64,000 nucleotides of DNA, taken from an uncultured Bacteroidales bacterium. GTDB taxonomy: Bacteria; Bacteroidota; Bacteroidia; Bacteroidales; Paludibacteraceae. A model generated the notes under the pieces. It did not search any database. It had not been told where the DNA came from and worked only from the letters and a program-made list of their open reading frames with translations. Below are positions 17,186-26,186 of this stretch, one piece after another. Where the stretch lies: contig CAIWCC010000269.1 of NCBI GenBank assembly GCA_903911085.1, positions 41,149-105,148 on the forward strand, written 5' to 3'. Made by a program: the position numbers and the translations under genes. How positions within the stretch are numbered: the first letter of the stretch is position 1; every line of letters starts with the position of its first letter.

Positions 17186-18196
17186 ATGAATAAACCACAA
17201 ATTACGATTAAGGACATTGGTCGTGCGCTAGATATTTCACCCTCTACGGTTTCTCGTGCTTTGAAAAATCATCCTGATATAAGCCAAAGCACTAAAGATG
17301 CGGTAAATAAATATGCCAAGGAATTTAATTATAAGCCCAATACATTGGCATTGAGCCTTCGTATGAGTAGAAACAATACTATTGGCGTAATTGTTCCTGA
17401 AATCAACAATTATTTTTTCTCTTCAATTCTTTCTGGTATTGAGCAAGTTGCCAACGAAGGCGATTTTAATGTAATTCTATGTCAGTCAAGCGAAAGTTAC
17501 GAGAAAGAAGTGCGAAACACCCAAGCCTTAATAGCTACACGCGTGTCGGGTGTGTTGGCTTCTTTGTGTAAACATACCACCAATTACGATCATTTTCAGG
17601 AAATTATTGATAGCGACATTCCTCTAGTGTTTTTCGACCGCATTTGCATTGGTATAAGTACCGACCGTGTGGTTGTTGACGATTATAAAGGCGCTTTTGC
17701 TGCTGTTGAATATCTTATTCAGACGGGCTGTAAGCGAATTGCATTTTATAGTTCTCCTTTTCATTTAGAGATTTCTAAGAATCGGAAAAATGGATATATG
17801 GACGCCTTACGTAAATATGGATTGACTGTTGATGAATCATTGATTCGTGTCTGCGATACTCGTGAAGAAGCCATTATTATCACTCCCGAAATACTTGATA
17901 GACCCAACCGCCCCGATGGTTTTTTTGCCATAAATGATCATTGTGCAGCTGGAATTCTTTATGCAGTTAAATTAGCCAAACTTCGCATTCCTCAAGATAT
18001 TGGTATTTTTGGTTTTTCGGATGGAGAACTAGCAAAAGCCTGTGATCCAATGCTTAGTACGGTTGAACAACATGGATACGAAATGGGAAAAAATGCTGCC
18101 AAATTACTGCTCGACAAAATTAATGGTGTAACACATGGACAATATACAAATAAGATTGTAAAAACGAATTTGATTATTAGGGGGACGACAAGATAA
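17186..18196 (+). CDS. LacI-family transcriptional regulator
   Basis: N-terminal HTH TIKDIGRALDISPSTVSRALKN. The rest resembles a periplasmic-binding-protein-like sugar-binding fold (IGVIVPEI, DGFFAINDHCAAG). 336 aa. Confidence 0.9.
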   Translation: MNKPQITIKDIGRALDISPSTVSRALKNHPDISQSTKDAVNKYAKEFNYKPNTLALSLRMSRNNTIGVIVPEINNYFFSSILSGIEQVANEGDFNVILCQSSESYEKEVRNTQALIATRVSGVLASLCKHTTNYDHFQEIIDSDIPLVFFDRICIGISTDRVVVDDYKGAFAAVEYLIQTGCKRIAFYSSPFHLEISKNRKNGYMDALRKYGLTVDESLIRVCDTREEAIIITPEILDRPNRPDGFFAINDHCAAGILYAVKLAKLRIPQDIGIFGFSDGELAKACDPMLSTVEQHGYEMGKNAAKLLLDKINGVTHGQYTNKIVKTNLIIRGTTR

Positions 18197-18200
18197 ATTT

Positions 18201-18310
18201 GTTTCGCGTTCCGTGTTTTGCGTTCCGTGTTTTGTGTTCCGTGTTTTGTGTTCCGTGTTTCGCGTTCCGTGTTTCGTGTTTCGCGTTCCGTGTTCCGTGT
18301 TCCGTGTTCC
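18201..18310. repeat. Tandem heptamer array A: 16 units of GTTYYGY
   Basis: Read directly: GTTTCGC GTTCCGT GTTTTGC GTTCCGT GTTTTGT GTTCCGT GTTTTGT GTTCCGT GTTTCGC GTTCCGT GTTTCGT GTTTCGC GTTCCGT GTTCCGT GTTCCGT GTTCC. The array starts 4 nt after the LacI-family stop. Confidence 0.95.
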
Positions 18311-18385
18311 AGTTTTTTGAAAATCTATAATAATTTAGAGAACTTAAATAATTCATAATTATAACTATAACTATATAACTTAAAA

Positions 18386-18805
18386 ATGGCAACCATTCAA
18401 AGATTTGAAGATTTAGAAGTTTGGAAAAAATCACGTGAAATTTGTAAATTTATTTTTCAATTGACCATTAGAGAAAATTTTTCAAGAGATTATTCCCTTA
18501 AAGATCAGATTAGGCGTTCTAGTGGTTCAGTTATGGACAATATTGCAGAAGGATTTGAAAGAGAGGGAAATAAAGAACTTGTTAATTTCCTATCAATATC
18601 AAAGGGATCAATTGGTGAAGTTCGGTCTCAAGCATATAGGGCATTTGATTATGGGTATATTAATCAAGAAGAGTTTGATTTTTTGATAAAAGAAACTGTT
18701 TCATTATCAGAAAGATTAGGTAAATTTATTAGTTATCTAAGAAGTTCAGATTATAAGGGGGTTAAATTTAAGAAAGAAAATGATAATAATAAGAAAGATG
18801 AATAA
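18386..18805 (+). CDS. Four-helix-bundle protein (23S rRNA intervening-sequence protein family, PF05635/TIGR02436-like)
   Basis: 139 aa. [35 protein letters not shown] and [16 protein letters not shown] are the hallmark helices of this family. Confidence 0.8.
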   Translation: MATIQRFEDLEVWKKSREICKFIFQLTIRENFSRDYSLKDQIRRSSGSVMDNIAEGFEREGNKELVNFLSISKGSIGEVRSQAYRAFDYGYINQEEFDFLIKETVSLSERLGKFISYLRSSDYKGVKFKKENDNNKKDE

Positions 18806-20132
18806 CTCTAAACAAGGAAGCCAAAACGCGGAACGCGAAACGCGAAACGCAAAACCGAAATTGACTTTTTGGCAAATATGGAACATGAGTTTTGGATTCC
18901 TTGGAATTCAATTTGGATTTGCATTGCAGAATGGAAATGCTTCTCGAATATTAATGACTTTTGGTGCTGATGTGCATAATTTAAGTTGGTTCTGGTTGGT
19001 TGCACCTATTACCGGAATGATTATTCAACCAATAGTGGGTTATTATAGCGATAAAACATGGACAAAGCTTGGTCGCCGTAGGCCTTATTTTTTAGTTGGT
19101 GCTATTCTTACTAGTATTGCATTAATACTAATGCCTAATGCACCACATTTGTCTAATTTTTTGGCACCAATGTTTGTTGGGGGAGGTTTATTGATGATTA
19201 TGGATGCATCCATAAATATTTCGATGGAACCATTTCGGGCTTTAGTTGCCGACAAACTACCTGAAGAACAGCATACTTTGGGATTTTCGGTTCAAACATT
19301 ATTAATTGGAATTGGAGCTGTTATAGGATCATGGTTACCTTATATTTTGGGCAATTGGTTTGGAATTTCAAAAGATGCTGGCGCAAACGGACTTGTACCA
19401 GATAATGTAACATATTCTTTTTATTTTGGTGCATTTGTACTGATAACAACTATCTTATGGACTATATTCAGTACCAATGAATATCCACCAGAACAAATTG
19501 AAGTTGAGACTGTAGCAGCAAAAAATGAAAAGTTTTTTATTCCACCAGTAATGATACAATTATTGTTGGTTCAATTTTTTTCGTGGTTTGCACTATTTTC
19601 TATGTGGGTATATACCACACCAGCAGTGGCTTTAAAGTTTTTTGGCACTACGGATGCTAATTCTGTGGCTTTTCAAGAAGCTGGCAATTGGGTTGGAATT
19701 TTATTTGGAGTTTATAATGGAATTTCAGCAGTATTGGCTTTATCGTTGCCTGTTTTGACTCGCAAATTTTCAAAAAAAGTAACACATTCCATAGCATTAT
19801 TCGTTGGTGGATTAGCATTGCTTTCATTTCTGATTATTAAAGATGCTGATTATCTTGTTATTCCAATGATTGGAATTGGAATTGCTTGGGCTAGCATTCT
19901 GGCTATGCCTTACGCAATGCTTGCAAATTCTATTCCACCCAAAAAGATGGGTATGTATATGGGGCTATTTAATATGTCGATAACAATTCCCCAGATTGTA
20001 AGCGGAATTTTTTCAGGATTAATTTTGAAATATTTATTTGCAGATAATCCAATTTTGTGTATTGTAATGGCGGGTGCATCATTTATTATTGCTAGCGGTT
20101 TGTCGTTGCTGATTAAAACCCCTAACCCCTGA
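18798..20132 (+). CDS. Sugar MFS transporter (SLC45/GPH-like, putative maltose/maltodextrin importer)
   Basis: Polytopic hydrophobic profile. [30 protein letters not shown] and LGRRRPYF are typical of the sugar MFS transporters found in flavobacterial alpha-glucan loci. The start is ambiguous: ATG 18780, ATG 18798 or TTG 18861. Confidence 0.8.
   Translation: MNNSKQGSQNAERETRNAKPKLTFWQIWNMSFGFLGIQFGFALQNGNASRILMTFGADVHNLSWFWLVAPITGMIIQPIVGYYSDKTWTKLGRRRPYFLVGAILTSIALILMPNAPHLSNFLAPMFVGGGLLMIMDASINISMEPFRALVADKLPEEQHTLGFSVQTLLIGIGAVIGSWLPYILGNWFGISKDAGANGLVPDNVTYSFYFGAFVLITTILWTIFSTNEYPPEQIEVETVAAKNEKFFIPPVMIQLLLVQFFSWFALFSMWVYTTPAVALKFFGTTDANSVAFQEAGNWVGILFGVYNGISAVLALSLPVLTRKFSKKVTHSIALFVGGLALLSFLIIKDADYLVIPMIGIGIAWASILAMPYAMLANSIPPKKMGMYMGLFNMSITIPQIVSGIFSGLILKYLFADNPILCIVMAGASFIIASGLSLLIKTPNP
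18821..18855. repeat. Heptamer array B (reverse complement of array A units)
   Basis: CCAAAAC GCGGAAC GCGAAAC GCGAAAC GCAAAAC. Starts 15 nt after the four-helix-bundle stop codon and lies within the 5' end of the transporter ORF. Confidence 0.9.
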
Positions 20133-20166
20133 AGAAGAATAAGTTACAATTCCCGAATTTTGGTAA

Positions 20167-20201
20167 GCAAAACACAAAACGCAAAACACGAAACGCAAAA
20201 C
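20167..20201. repeat. Heptamer array C (same orientation as B)
   Basis: GCAAAAC ACAAAAC GCAAAAC ACGAAAC GCAAAAC. Ends 10 nt before the GH65 ATG at 20212. Confidence 0.9.
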
Positions 20202-20211
20202 ATTTTTTATC

Positions 20212-22518
20212 ATGAATAAATACCTACAAACTGACCCTTGGTGCATTATAGAAGAGGGTTTTCATCCCAACAAGCAATTGGTGTCCGAAAGTATTTTTAG
20301 TTTGGGAAACGGTCATATTGGTCAACGTGCTAATTTTGAAGAGTATTATTCGGGCGAAACAATGCTTGGGTCGTATATTGCTGGAATTTATTTTCCGGAG
20401 CGAGCCGAACGAGGTAATTGGAAAAATGGATATTCGGATGCCAACGACAAAATTGTAAATGCGCCAAATTGGACTGGAATTAGCGTCCGTTTGAATGATG
20501 ATAGGCTCGATTTGGCAGAATGGGATGTGCAAAATTTCAGGCGTGTATTGAATATGCGTGAAGGATTCTTGGAGCGTACATTTGAGGCAATTTCTTCAAA
20601 AGGACATAGAATTCAAGTGTCGGTAAAAAGGTTTTTGAGTATGGCCGAAACTGAAATTGGAGCTATTAGTTATTCTGTTAAATCATTGAACTATGAAGGA
20701 CGAATTTCGTTTTTACCGCTTATTGATGGAGATGTGAAGAATAAACATACCAATTATAATGAACAGTTCTGGAATATGTTACAGACCAAAACACAACAAG
20801 ATGTATCACATATTTGGGTTCAAACTCGAAGAATGGATTTTCATGTTTGTGGAGCATTGACATATGTTTTGTATAAAAACAATGAGCAGCTGAAAGTAAA
20901 TCCAACTAAAATTGAGAAAGAAAAAGTGGCTGGTTTTAGTGTTGGAACCGATGTGCGCATTGGTGATACTGTTTGTTTGAATAAATATGTAGCCATTATA
21001 AGTTCGCTCAATCATCCTCGCGAAGAACTTACAGAGCGTGCTTGTAATCTGGCACTTGCAGCTAAAGAAAAAGGTTGGAATCAACTTTTTGAAGAGCATT
21101 CAGCTGTGTGGGCAGAAAAATGGTTACAATCTGACATAATAATTGATAGTGATTTGGAGGCACAGCAAGCCATTCGTTTTAGCATTTTTCAGCTCAATCA
21201 GACCTATAATGGCGATGATTCTCGACTGAATATCAGCCCAAAAGGTTTCACTGGCGAAAAATATGCTGGTGCTACACGATGGGATACTGAAGCAACTTGC
21301 ATTCCATTTTATTTGTGTACTTCGCCTCAAAACGTTGCCAAAAACTTGTTGCTATACCGTTTCCGTCATTTGCCAAAAGCCATTCAAAATGCTCAGAAAT
21401 TTGGGTTTATAAATGGAGCAGCGCTTTTCCCAATTGCTACTTTTAATGGTGTGGAAAGTTATAACGAATGGGAAACAACTTTTGAAGAAGTACACCGAAA
21501 TGGCATTATTGCCTTTGCTATAAGCAATTACATTCGCTATACTGGCGACGAAAACTATTTAGCCGAAGCTGGTTTAAAAGTTTTAATTGGTATTTCTAGA
21601 TTTTGGGCTCAGCGTGTTAATCTATCGTATGAAAAGAAGAAATTCGTAATTCTAGGTGTTACTGGACCTAATACGTACGAAAATAATGTTAACAATAACT
21701 GGTTTACAAATTATATTGCCGTTTGGACACTTCAATATACTATAGAATGTGTAGAAAAAGTGAAGCAATCAAATTTTAGAGCTTTTGAAGATTTATCGCA
21801 AGATATAAATTTTGCCAATGATGAAATTTTTCTATGGAAAGATATTATTGAAAATATGTATTTACCCGAAAATAAAAAACTTGGTATAATTCTGCAACAA
21901 GATGGATTTTTGGATAAGACATTAACTAATGCTGCAGAAATTCCAGAAACGCAACGACCTATTAATCAGCACTGGACTTGGGACAGAATTTTACGTTCTT
22001 CGTTTATTAAGCAAGCCGATGTTGTTCAAGGACTTTATTTTTTCGAGGAAAACTTTGATAAAGATACTATTCGTAAAAATTTTGAATTTTATGAACCACT
22101 TACTGTTCATGAATCTTCACTATCGCCATGTATTCACTCCATAGTGGCTAGTGCTGTAGGCAATAAACAAAAAGCTTACGAATTATATCTTCGTACAGCA
22201 CGACTCGATTTAGATGATTACAATAATGATGTAGCTGATGGCCTGCATATTACAAGTATGGCCGGCACTTGGTTAACCATTGTACAAGGCTTTGGAGGAA
22301 TGAGAGTGAAAGACGGAAAACTGCATTTCAATCCACAAATTCCCGAGAAATGGAATGCATTTGCGTTTAATATCCTATTTAGAGGAAATCAATTAAATAT
22401 TCGAGTTGAAAAGCAAAAAGTTATTCTTCATAACATTAAAGGTGAGGGAATTGACTTGTATGTTAATGCGAAAATAATTCATATCAAAGCCGAAAGCCAA
22501 GTAGAATTTGTTATTTAA
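20212..22518 (+). CDS. GH65 glycoside phosphorylase (maltose phosphorylase-like)
   Basis: 768 aa. The N-terminus DPWCIIEEGFHPNKQLVSESIFSLGNGHIGQRANFEE is typical of GH65. The length and the starch-locus context fit maltose/kojibiose/trehalose phosphorylases. Confidence 0.85.
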   Translation: MNKYLQTDPWCIIEEGFHPNKQLVSESIFSLGNGHIGQRANFEEYYSGETMLGSYIAGIYFPERAERGNWKNGYSDANDKIVNAPNWTGISVRLNDDRLDLAEWDVQNFRRVLNMREGFLERTFEAISSKGHRIQVSVKRFLSMAETEIGAISYSVKSLNYEGRISFLPLIDGDVKNKHTNYNEQFWNMLQTKTQQDVSHIWVQTRRMDFHVCGALTYVLYKNNEQLKVNPTKIEKEKVAGFSVGTDVRIGDTVCLNKYVAIISSLNHPREELTERACNLALAAKEKGWNQLFEEHSAVWAEKWLQSDIIIDSDLEAQQAIRFSIFQLNQTYNGDDSRLNISPKGFTGEKYAGATRWDTEATCIPFYLCTSPQNVAKNLLLYRFRHLPKAIQNAQKFGFINGAALFPIATFNGVESYNEWETTFEEVHRNGIIAFAISNYIRYTGDENYLAEAGLKVLIGISRFWAQRVNLSYEKKKFVILGVTGPNTYENNVNNNWFTNYIAVWTLQYTIECVEKVKQSNFRAFEDLSQDINFANDEIFLWKDIIENMYLPENKKLGIILQQDGFLDKTLTNAAEIPETQRPINQHWTWDRILRSSFIKQADVVQGLYFFEENFDKDTIRKNFEFYEPLTVHESSLSPCIHSIVASAVGNKQKAYELYLRTARLDLDDYNNDVADGLHITSMAGTWLTIVQGFGGMRVKDGKLHFNPQIPEKWNAFAFNILFRGNQLNIRVEKQKVILHNIKGEGIDLYVNAKIIHIKAESQVEFVI

Positions 22519-22536
22519 CACAAAAGTTCTTTGTCG

Positions 22537-24387
22537 ATGAAAAAGTACATATTTATATTATTGTCATTTATTAATATTCTAGTTTTTAATATCCAAGCCA
22601 AAACAGACTCTTGGGTAAAACGTCTAGAACCTACAAATTGGTGGACGGATATGAAACAGTCTGAATTGCAATTGATGTTTTATGGCGAAGGAATTGCATC
22701 CGCCGAAATTTCTGTAAATTATCCAGGAGTAAGCATTGTTGGTAAACAGTTGACTGACAATGCTAATTATCTGTTTCTTTATCTGAAGATTGCTAAAGAA
22801 ACCATTCCCGGCAAATTTAATTTTGAAATTAAAAAAGGAAAGAAAAAGCAAATAGTAAGTTACGAATTGAAGCAAAGACGAAATGGTTCGGCTGCTCGAA
22901 AAAGTTTTACTGAGGCAGATGCAATTTATTTACTTATGCCCGACCGTTTTGCAAATGGAAATATGGCAAATGATTCCGTAACAGGCTATATACAAGGTGT
23001 GAATAGAAAGGAATTAGGTATGCGTCATGGTGGTGATATTCAAGGCATTATTTCGAAAATTCCATATCTGGCTGATTTAGGAATCACTGCATTGTGGACT
23101 ACACCACTTTTTGACAATAACGATACAAATTATTCGTATCATCATTACGCTTGTTCCGATTATTATAAAATTGACCCTCGGTTTGGAAATAACGACGACT
23201 ATGCACGTCTGTCCGAAACCTGTCACGCCAACGGTTTGAAATTGATTGTTGATGTAGTGCCAAATCATTGTGGTTCTTTACATTGGTGGATGAAAGACTT
23301 GCCCGCTAAGGATTGGTTTAACACTTGGCCTACTTTTACAAACTCAAATTACCGAATGACAACTTGGACAGATCCACATGCTTCAGAATCTGATAAATAT
23401 CGACTATCGCACGGTTGGTTTGCGCCTAATATGCCCGATTTGAATTTGCAAAATCCTTTGCTGTTCGATTATCTGCGACAAGTTTACACTTTTTGGATTG
23501 AAAATGCAAATATTGATGGAATGCGTGTGGATACATATCCTTATAATGACTTGAAAACTGCTGCTCGATTTATTCAATCCATTCGTAATGAATATCCAAA
23601 TATGAATGTTGTAGGCGAATGTTGGGTGAAATCGCCAGCAGAAATTGCTTATTATCAGTCGGGTAACAATAATAAAGATGGTTTCGACTCGCGTTTGACA
23701 AGTGTTATGGATTTTTGTTTGAAAGATGTTTTCAGTGCTGCATTCAACGAATCCGAAAGTTGGGATGGTGGTATGGCTAGATTTTATGCACATTTTGCCC
23801 AAGATTTTGTTTATGCAAATCCCAATATGATTATGAACTTTCTTGATAATCATGATATTGACCGTTATTCAACTTCTATAAATCGCGATGTTAGAAAATT
23901 TAAAATGGCTTTGGCAATGTTAATTACATCGCGAGGTTACCCACAAATATATGCCGGCACCGAAATAATGTTGGACGGAATTCCTGGAAACTACGAAGGT
24001 CATCGATTCGATTTCCCTGGTGGATGGGCTACCGATAAACGAAATGCATTTATACCCGAAGGAAGAATTGAAAAAGAAAATGAAGTTTTTACTTATTTGA
24101 AAACGCTTTTGAATTATCGAAAAAATAACCCCGTGCTGCAAAATGGTAAAATGAAGCAGTTTATTCCCGAAAATGGAATCTATGTAAATTTTAGATACAA
24201 CGACCAAAAAATGATTATGATAATTTCAAATAATAACTTGGACGATAAAGAGTTAAGTCTAAATCGTTACTCAGAAATGCTTAAGGGCAAAAACGTTGGA
24301 ACTGAAATTACTACTAACAAGACATATAGTCTACAAACGGCAATTTTAATACCTGCAAAGTCAGTTATAGTTTTAGATGTCAATTAA
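22537..24387 (+). CDS. GH13 alpha-amylase/cyclomaltodextrinase-like enzyme (periplasmic, SusA-like role)
   Basis: The ORF track starts at TTG 22531; ATG 22537 is preferred. Signal peptide. N-terminal RLEPTNWWTDM...LQLMFYG resembles the cyclomaltodextrinase N-domain. GH13 regions: I DVVPNHCG, II GMRVDTYPY, III VVGECW, IV FLDNHDIDR. Confidence 0.85.
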   Translation: MKKYIFILLSFINILVFNIQAKTDSWVKRLEPTNWWTDMKQSELQLMFYGEGIASAEISVNYPGVSIVGKQLTDNANYLFLYLKIAKETIPGKFNFEIKKGKKKQIVSYELKQRRNGSAARKSFTEADAIYLLMPDRFANGNMANDSVTGYIQGVNRKELGMRHGGDIQGIISKIPYLADLGITALWTTPLFDNNDTNYSYHHYACSDYYKIDPRFGNNDDYARLSETCHANGLKLIVDVVPNHCGSLHWWMKDLPAKDWFNTWPTFTNSNYRMTTWTDPHASESDKYRLSHGWFAPNMPDLNLQNPLLFDYLRQVYTFWIENANIDGMRVDTYPYNDLKTAARFIQSIRNEYPNMNVVGECWVKSPAEIAYYQSGNNNKDGFDSRLTSVMDFCLKDVFSAAFNESESWDGGMARFYAHFAQDFVYANPNMIMNFLDNHDIDRYSTSINRDVRKFKMALAMLITSRGYPQIYAGTEIMLDGIPGNYEGHRFDFPGGWATDKRNAFIPEGRIEKENEVFTYLKTLLNYRKNNPVLQNGKMKQFIPENGIYVNFRYNDQKMIMIISNNNLDDKELSLNRYSEMLKGKNVGTEITTNKTYSLQTAILIPAKSVIVLDVN

Positions 24388-24401
24388 TTAAATTATAAAT
24401 C

Positions 24402-26171
24402 ATGAAAAAAATATCTTTAAGAGAAGTTACCAATAAATTGTTAATGGTTACTGTTAGGTTTCACTTAGTTTTGGTGTTTATTTTTGGAGTAGGCTTGTAT
24501 CTATTTCTGAAAATCAACTATCCTAAACATGCATTAGAAAACAGTACTTTGGTTTTTTTCATTCTCTGCGCATTGGCATATATCCCAATTTCTTTAATGA
24601 TAGAGGATACAAAAAATAGAATATTTAGTGCTTTGCTTTTCGTTTTGCCTATTCCTATTTTGAGTATTTATAGCTTTTCTTTACCCGAAGATTTATTTGT
24701 ATTTCAGTTTTATCAGGTCTTTATATTTGTGTTATTTTTTGTCTTGACAACATTTGTGGTGTCTTTTGTCTCCAAAGATAATGATATTGCATTTTGGGAG
24801 TTCAGCAAAAAATGCATTTGGCAATTTATTATTTCAAATGTTTTTGCCCAAGTATTATTTGTAGGTCTAAGTTTAGCAATACTATCGTTGAAAGAACTTT
24901 TTAAAATTGATGTTCAAATAGAAGTTTATAAAAATTTAGCAGTTATATGTTACGTGTTTTTTGCTCCAATATTTTTTCTTGCCAATTTGCCTAATAAAAT
25001 TGATAAATTTAAAAAAGAATATACATTCGATAAATTATTGAAAGTCTTAGGGTTGTATATTTTGATGCCCATATTGGCTTTGTATTCACTTATTTTATAT
25101 GTGTATTTATTTCAAATAATAATTAAATGGGAATTGCCAAATGGTTGGGTCTCATTGCTTGTATCGGTGCTCGCTTTGGGTGGTTTTTTAAGTATGCTTA
25201 TTACTTATCCATTGCGATTAAATGATGAAAATAAGTTTGTAAATTTTCTTTTTCGCTATTTCCCACTTTTATTAATGCCTCTTTTAGTTTTAATGTCGGT
25301 GGGTATTTTTCGACGTTTGGGAGATTATGGTTTAACAATAAATCGCTGTTATGTGCTTATTCTCAATCTTTGGTTGTTTGGCATCAGCGTTTATCTTTTT
25401 TTATCAAAAGCCAATCATTTAAAATGGATAATTATTTCATTTTCAGTTGTTATGTTTGTTTCGTCGGTTGGTCCATGGAGCGTGTTTAGCATTACCAAAC
25501 AATCACTTATTAAGGAAATTGGACAACTGCTCAACAAAGCTAAATTGATTGAAAATGGAAAAGTGATTGACAATTATAAAGCTCATATAAAGGTTGATTC
25601 AATTCTATCGAAAAAAATATATGAAGACGTAAAATATATTTGTAATACCTATGGCACAAATAGTATTCAATTATTTTTTAAGGATTCTATTGGTAATTTA
25701 AATTATTTATCAATCAATAATCGATTAGGAATTAGTGAATCAAACTATTATGCGCCTTATTTGTTACCAGACAAAAAAAGCAGTAGCTCGTGCAAGTATT
25801 TTACTGCCAAATTAAGTTCAAAAAATCAGTTGATTGATATCGGAACTGATTTTAAATCTTATATAGAATTGAGTCGGCAAAATGATACAGAACAAGTTTA
25901 CGAAGGTGATGATTTGATTGTGAAGTATTTAAATAATTCATTTCTAATTTATAAACCGACTGATAAAAATTTCAAAATAAGCATTCCGCTACAAGCTAAA
26001 CTTAAAGAAATTACTAAGCAAAAGGATAAAGGCTATGATTTTTCACCAAAGGATCTTACAATTGATGGAATGAATTTTAAGTTGATTATTAGTAATTTAA
26101 CTGGATTTTATTATCAAAAGTCAGATAGTATAACGGTTACGAATATTGAAGCAAACTTATTTTTAAAATAA
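24402..26171 (+). CDS. DUF4153-like polytopic membrane protein with soluble C-terminal domain
   Basis: 589 aa. About 10-12 hydrophobic helices over the first ~360 aa, then a hydrophilic ~220-aa tail. The N-terminal pattern (LLMVTVRFHLVLVFIFGVG) is reminiscent of DUF4153 proteins; this family call is from memory only. Gaps to the flanking GH13 genes are 14-15 nt. Confidence 0.5.
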   Translation: MKKISLREVTNKLLMVTVRFHLVLVFIFGVGLYLFLKINYPKHALENSTLVFFILCALAYIPISLMIEDTKNRIFSALLFVLPIPILSIYSFSLPEDLFVFQFYQVFIFVLFFVLTTFVVSFVSKDNDIAFWEFSKKCIWQFIISNVFAQVLFVGLSLAILSLKELFKIDVQIEVYKNLAVICYVFFAPIFFLANLPNKIDKFKKEYTFDKLLKVLGLYILMPILALYSLILYVYLFQIIIKWELPNGWVSLLVSVLALGGFLSMLITYPLRLNDENKFVNFLFRYFPLLLMPLLVLMSVGIFRRLGDYGLTINRCYVLILNLWLFGISVYLFLSKANHLKWIIISFSVVMFVSSVGPWSVFSITKQSLIKEIGQLLNKAKLIENGKVIDNYKAHIKVDSILSKKIYEDVKYICNTYGTNSIQLFFKDSIGNLNYLSINNRLGISESNYYAPYLLPDKKSSSSCKYFTAKLSSKNQLIDIGTDFKSYIELSRQNDTEQVYEGDDLIVKYLNNSFLIYKPTDKNFKISIPLQAKLKEITKQKDKGYDFSPKDLTIDGMNFKLIISNLTGFYYQKSDSITVTNIEANLFLK

Positions 26172-26186
26172 ATAAAATTTTTTATT

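Noticed and set aside
18201-18310. Considered whether the tandem array is a CRISPR array or a telomere-like/VNTR locus
   Set aside because: The unit is only 7 nt with no spacers and no cas genes in the window. It is a microsatellite-like array whose significance comes from its inverted partners at 18821 and 20167.
18177-18434. 85-aa minus-strand ORF (…HGTRNAKHETRNAKHGTQNTEHKTRNAKHGTRNKF…)
   Set aside because: Its low-complexity sequence is simply the translation of heptamer array A. It has no independent coding signal and overlaps the ends of two plus-strand genes. Treated as a repeat artefact.
18386-18805. Considered a diversity-generating retroelement, because Avd has the same four-helix-bundle fold
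   Set aside because: No reverse transcriptase gene and no TR/VR-type long near-repeats are visible anywhere in the window.
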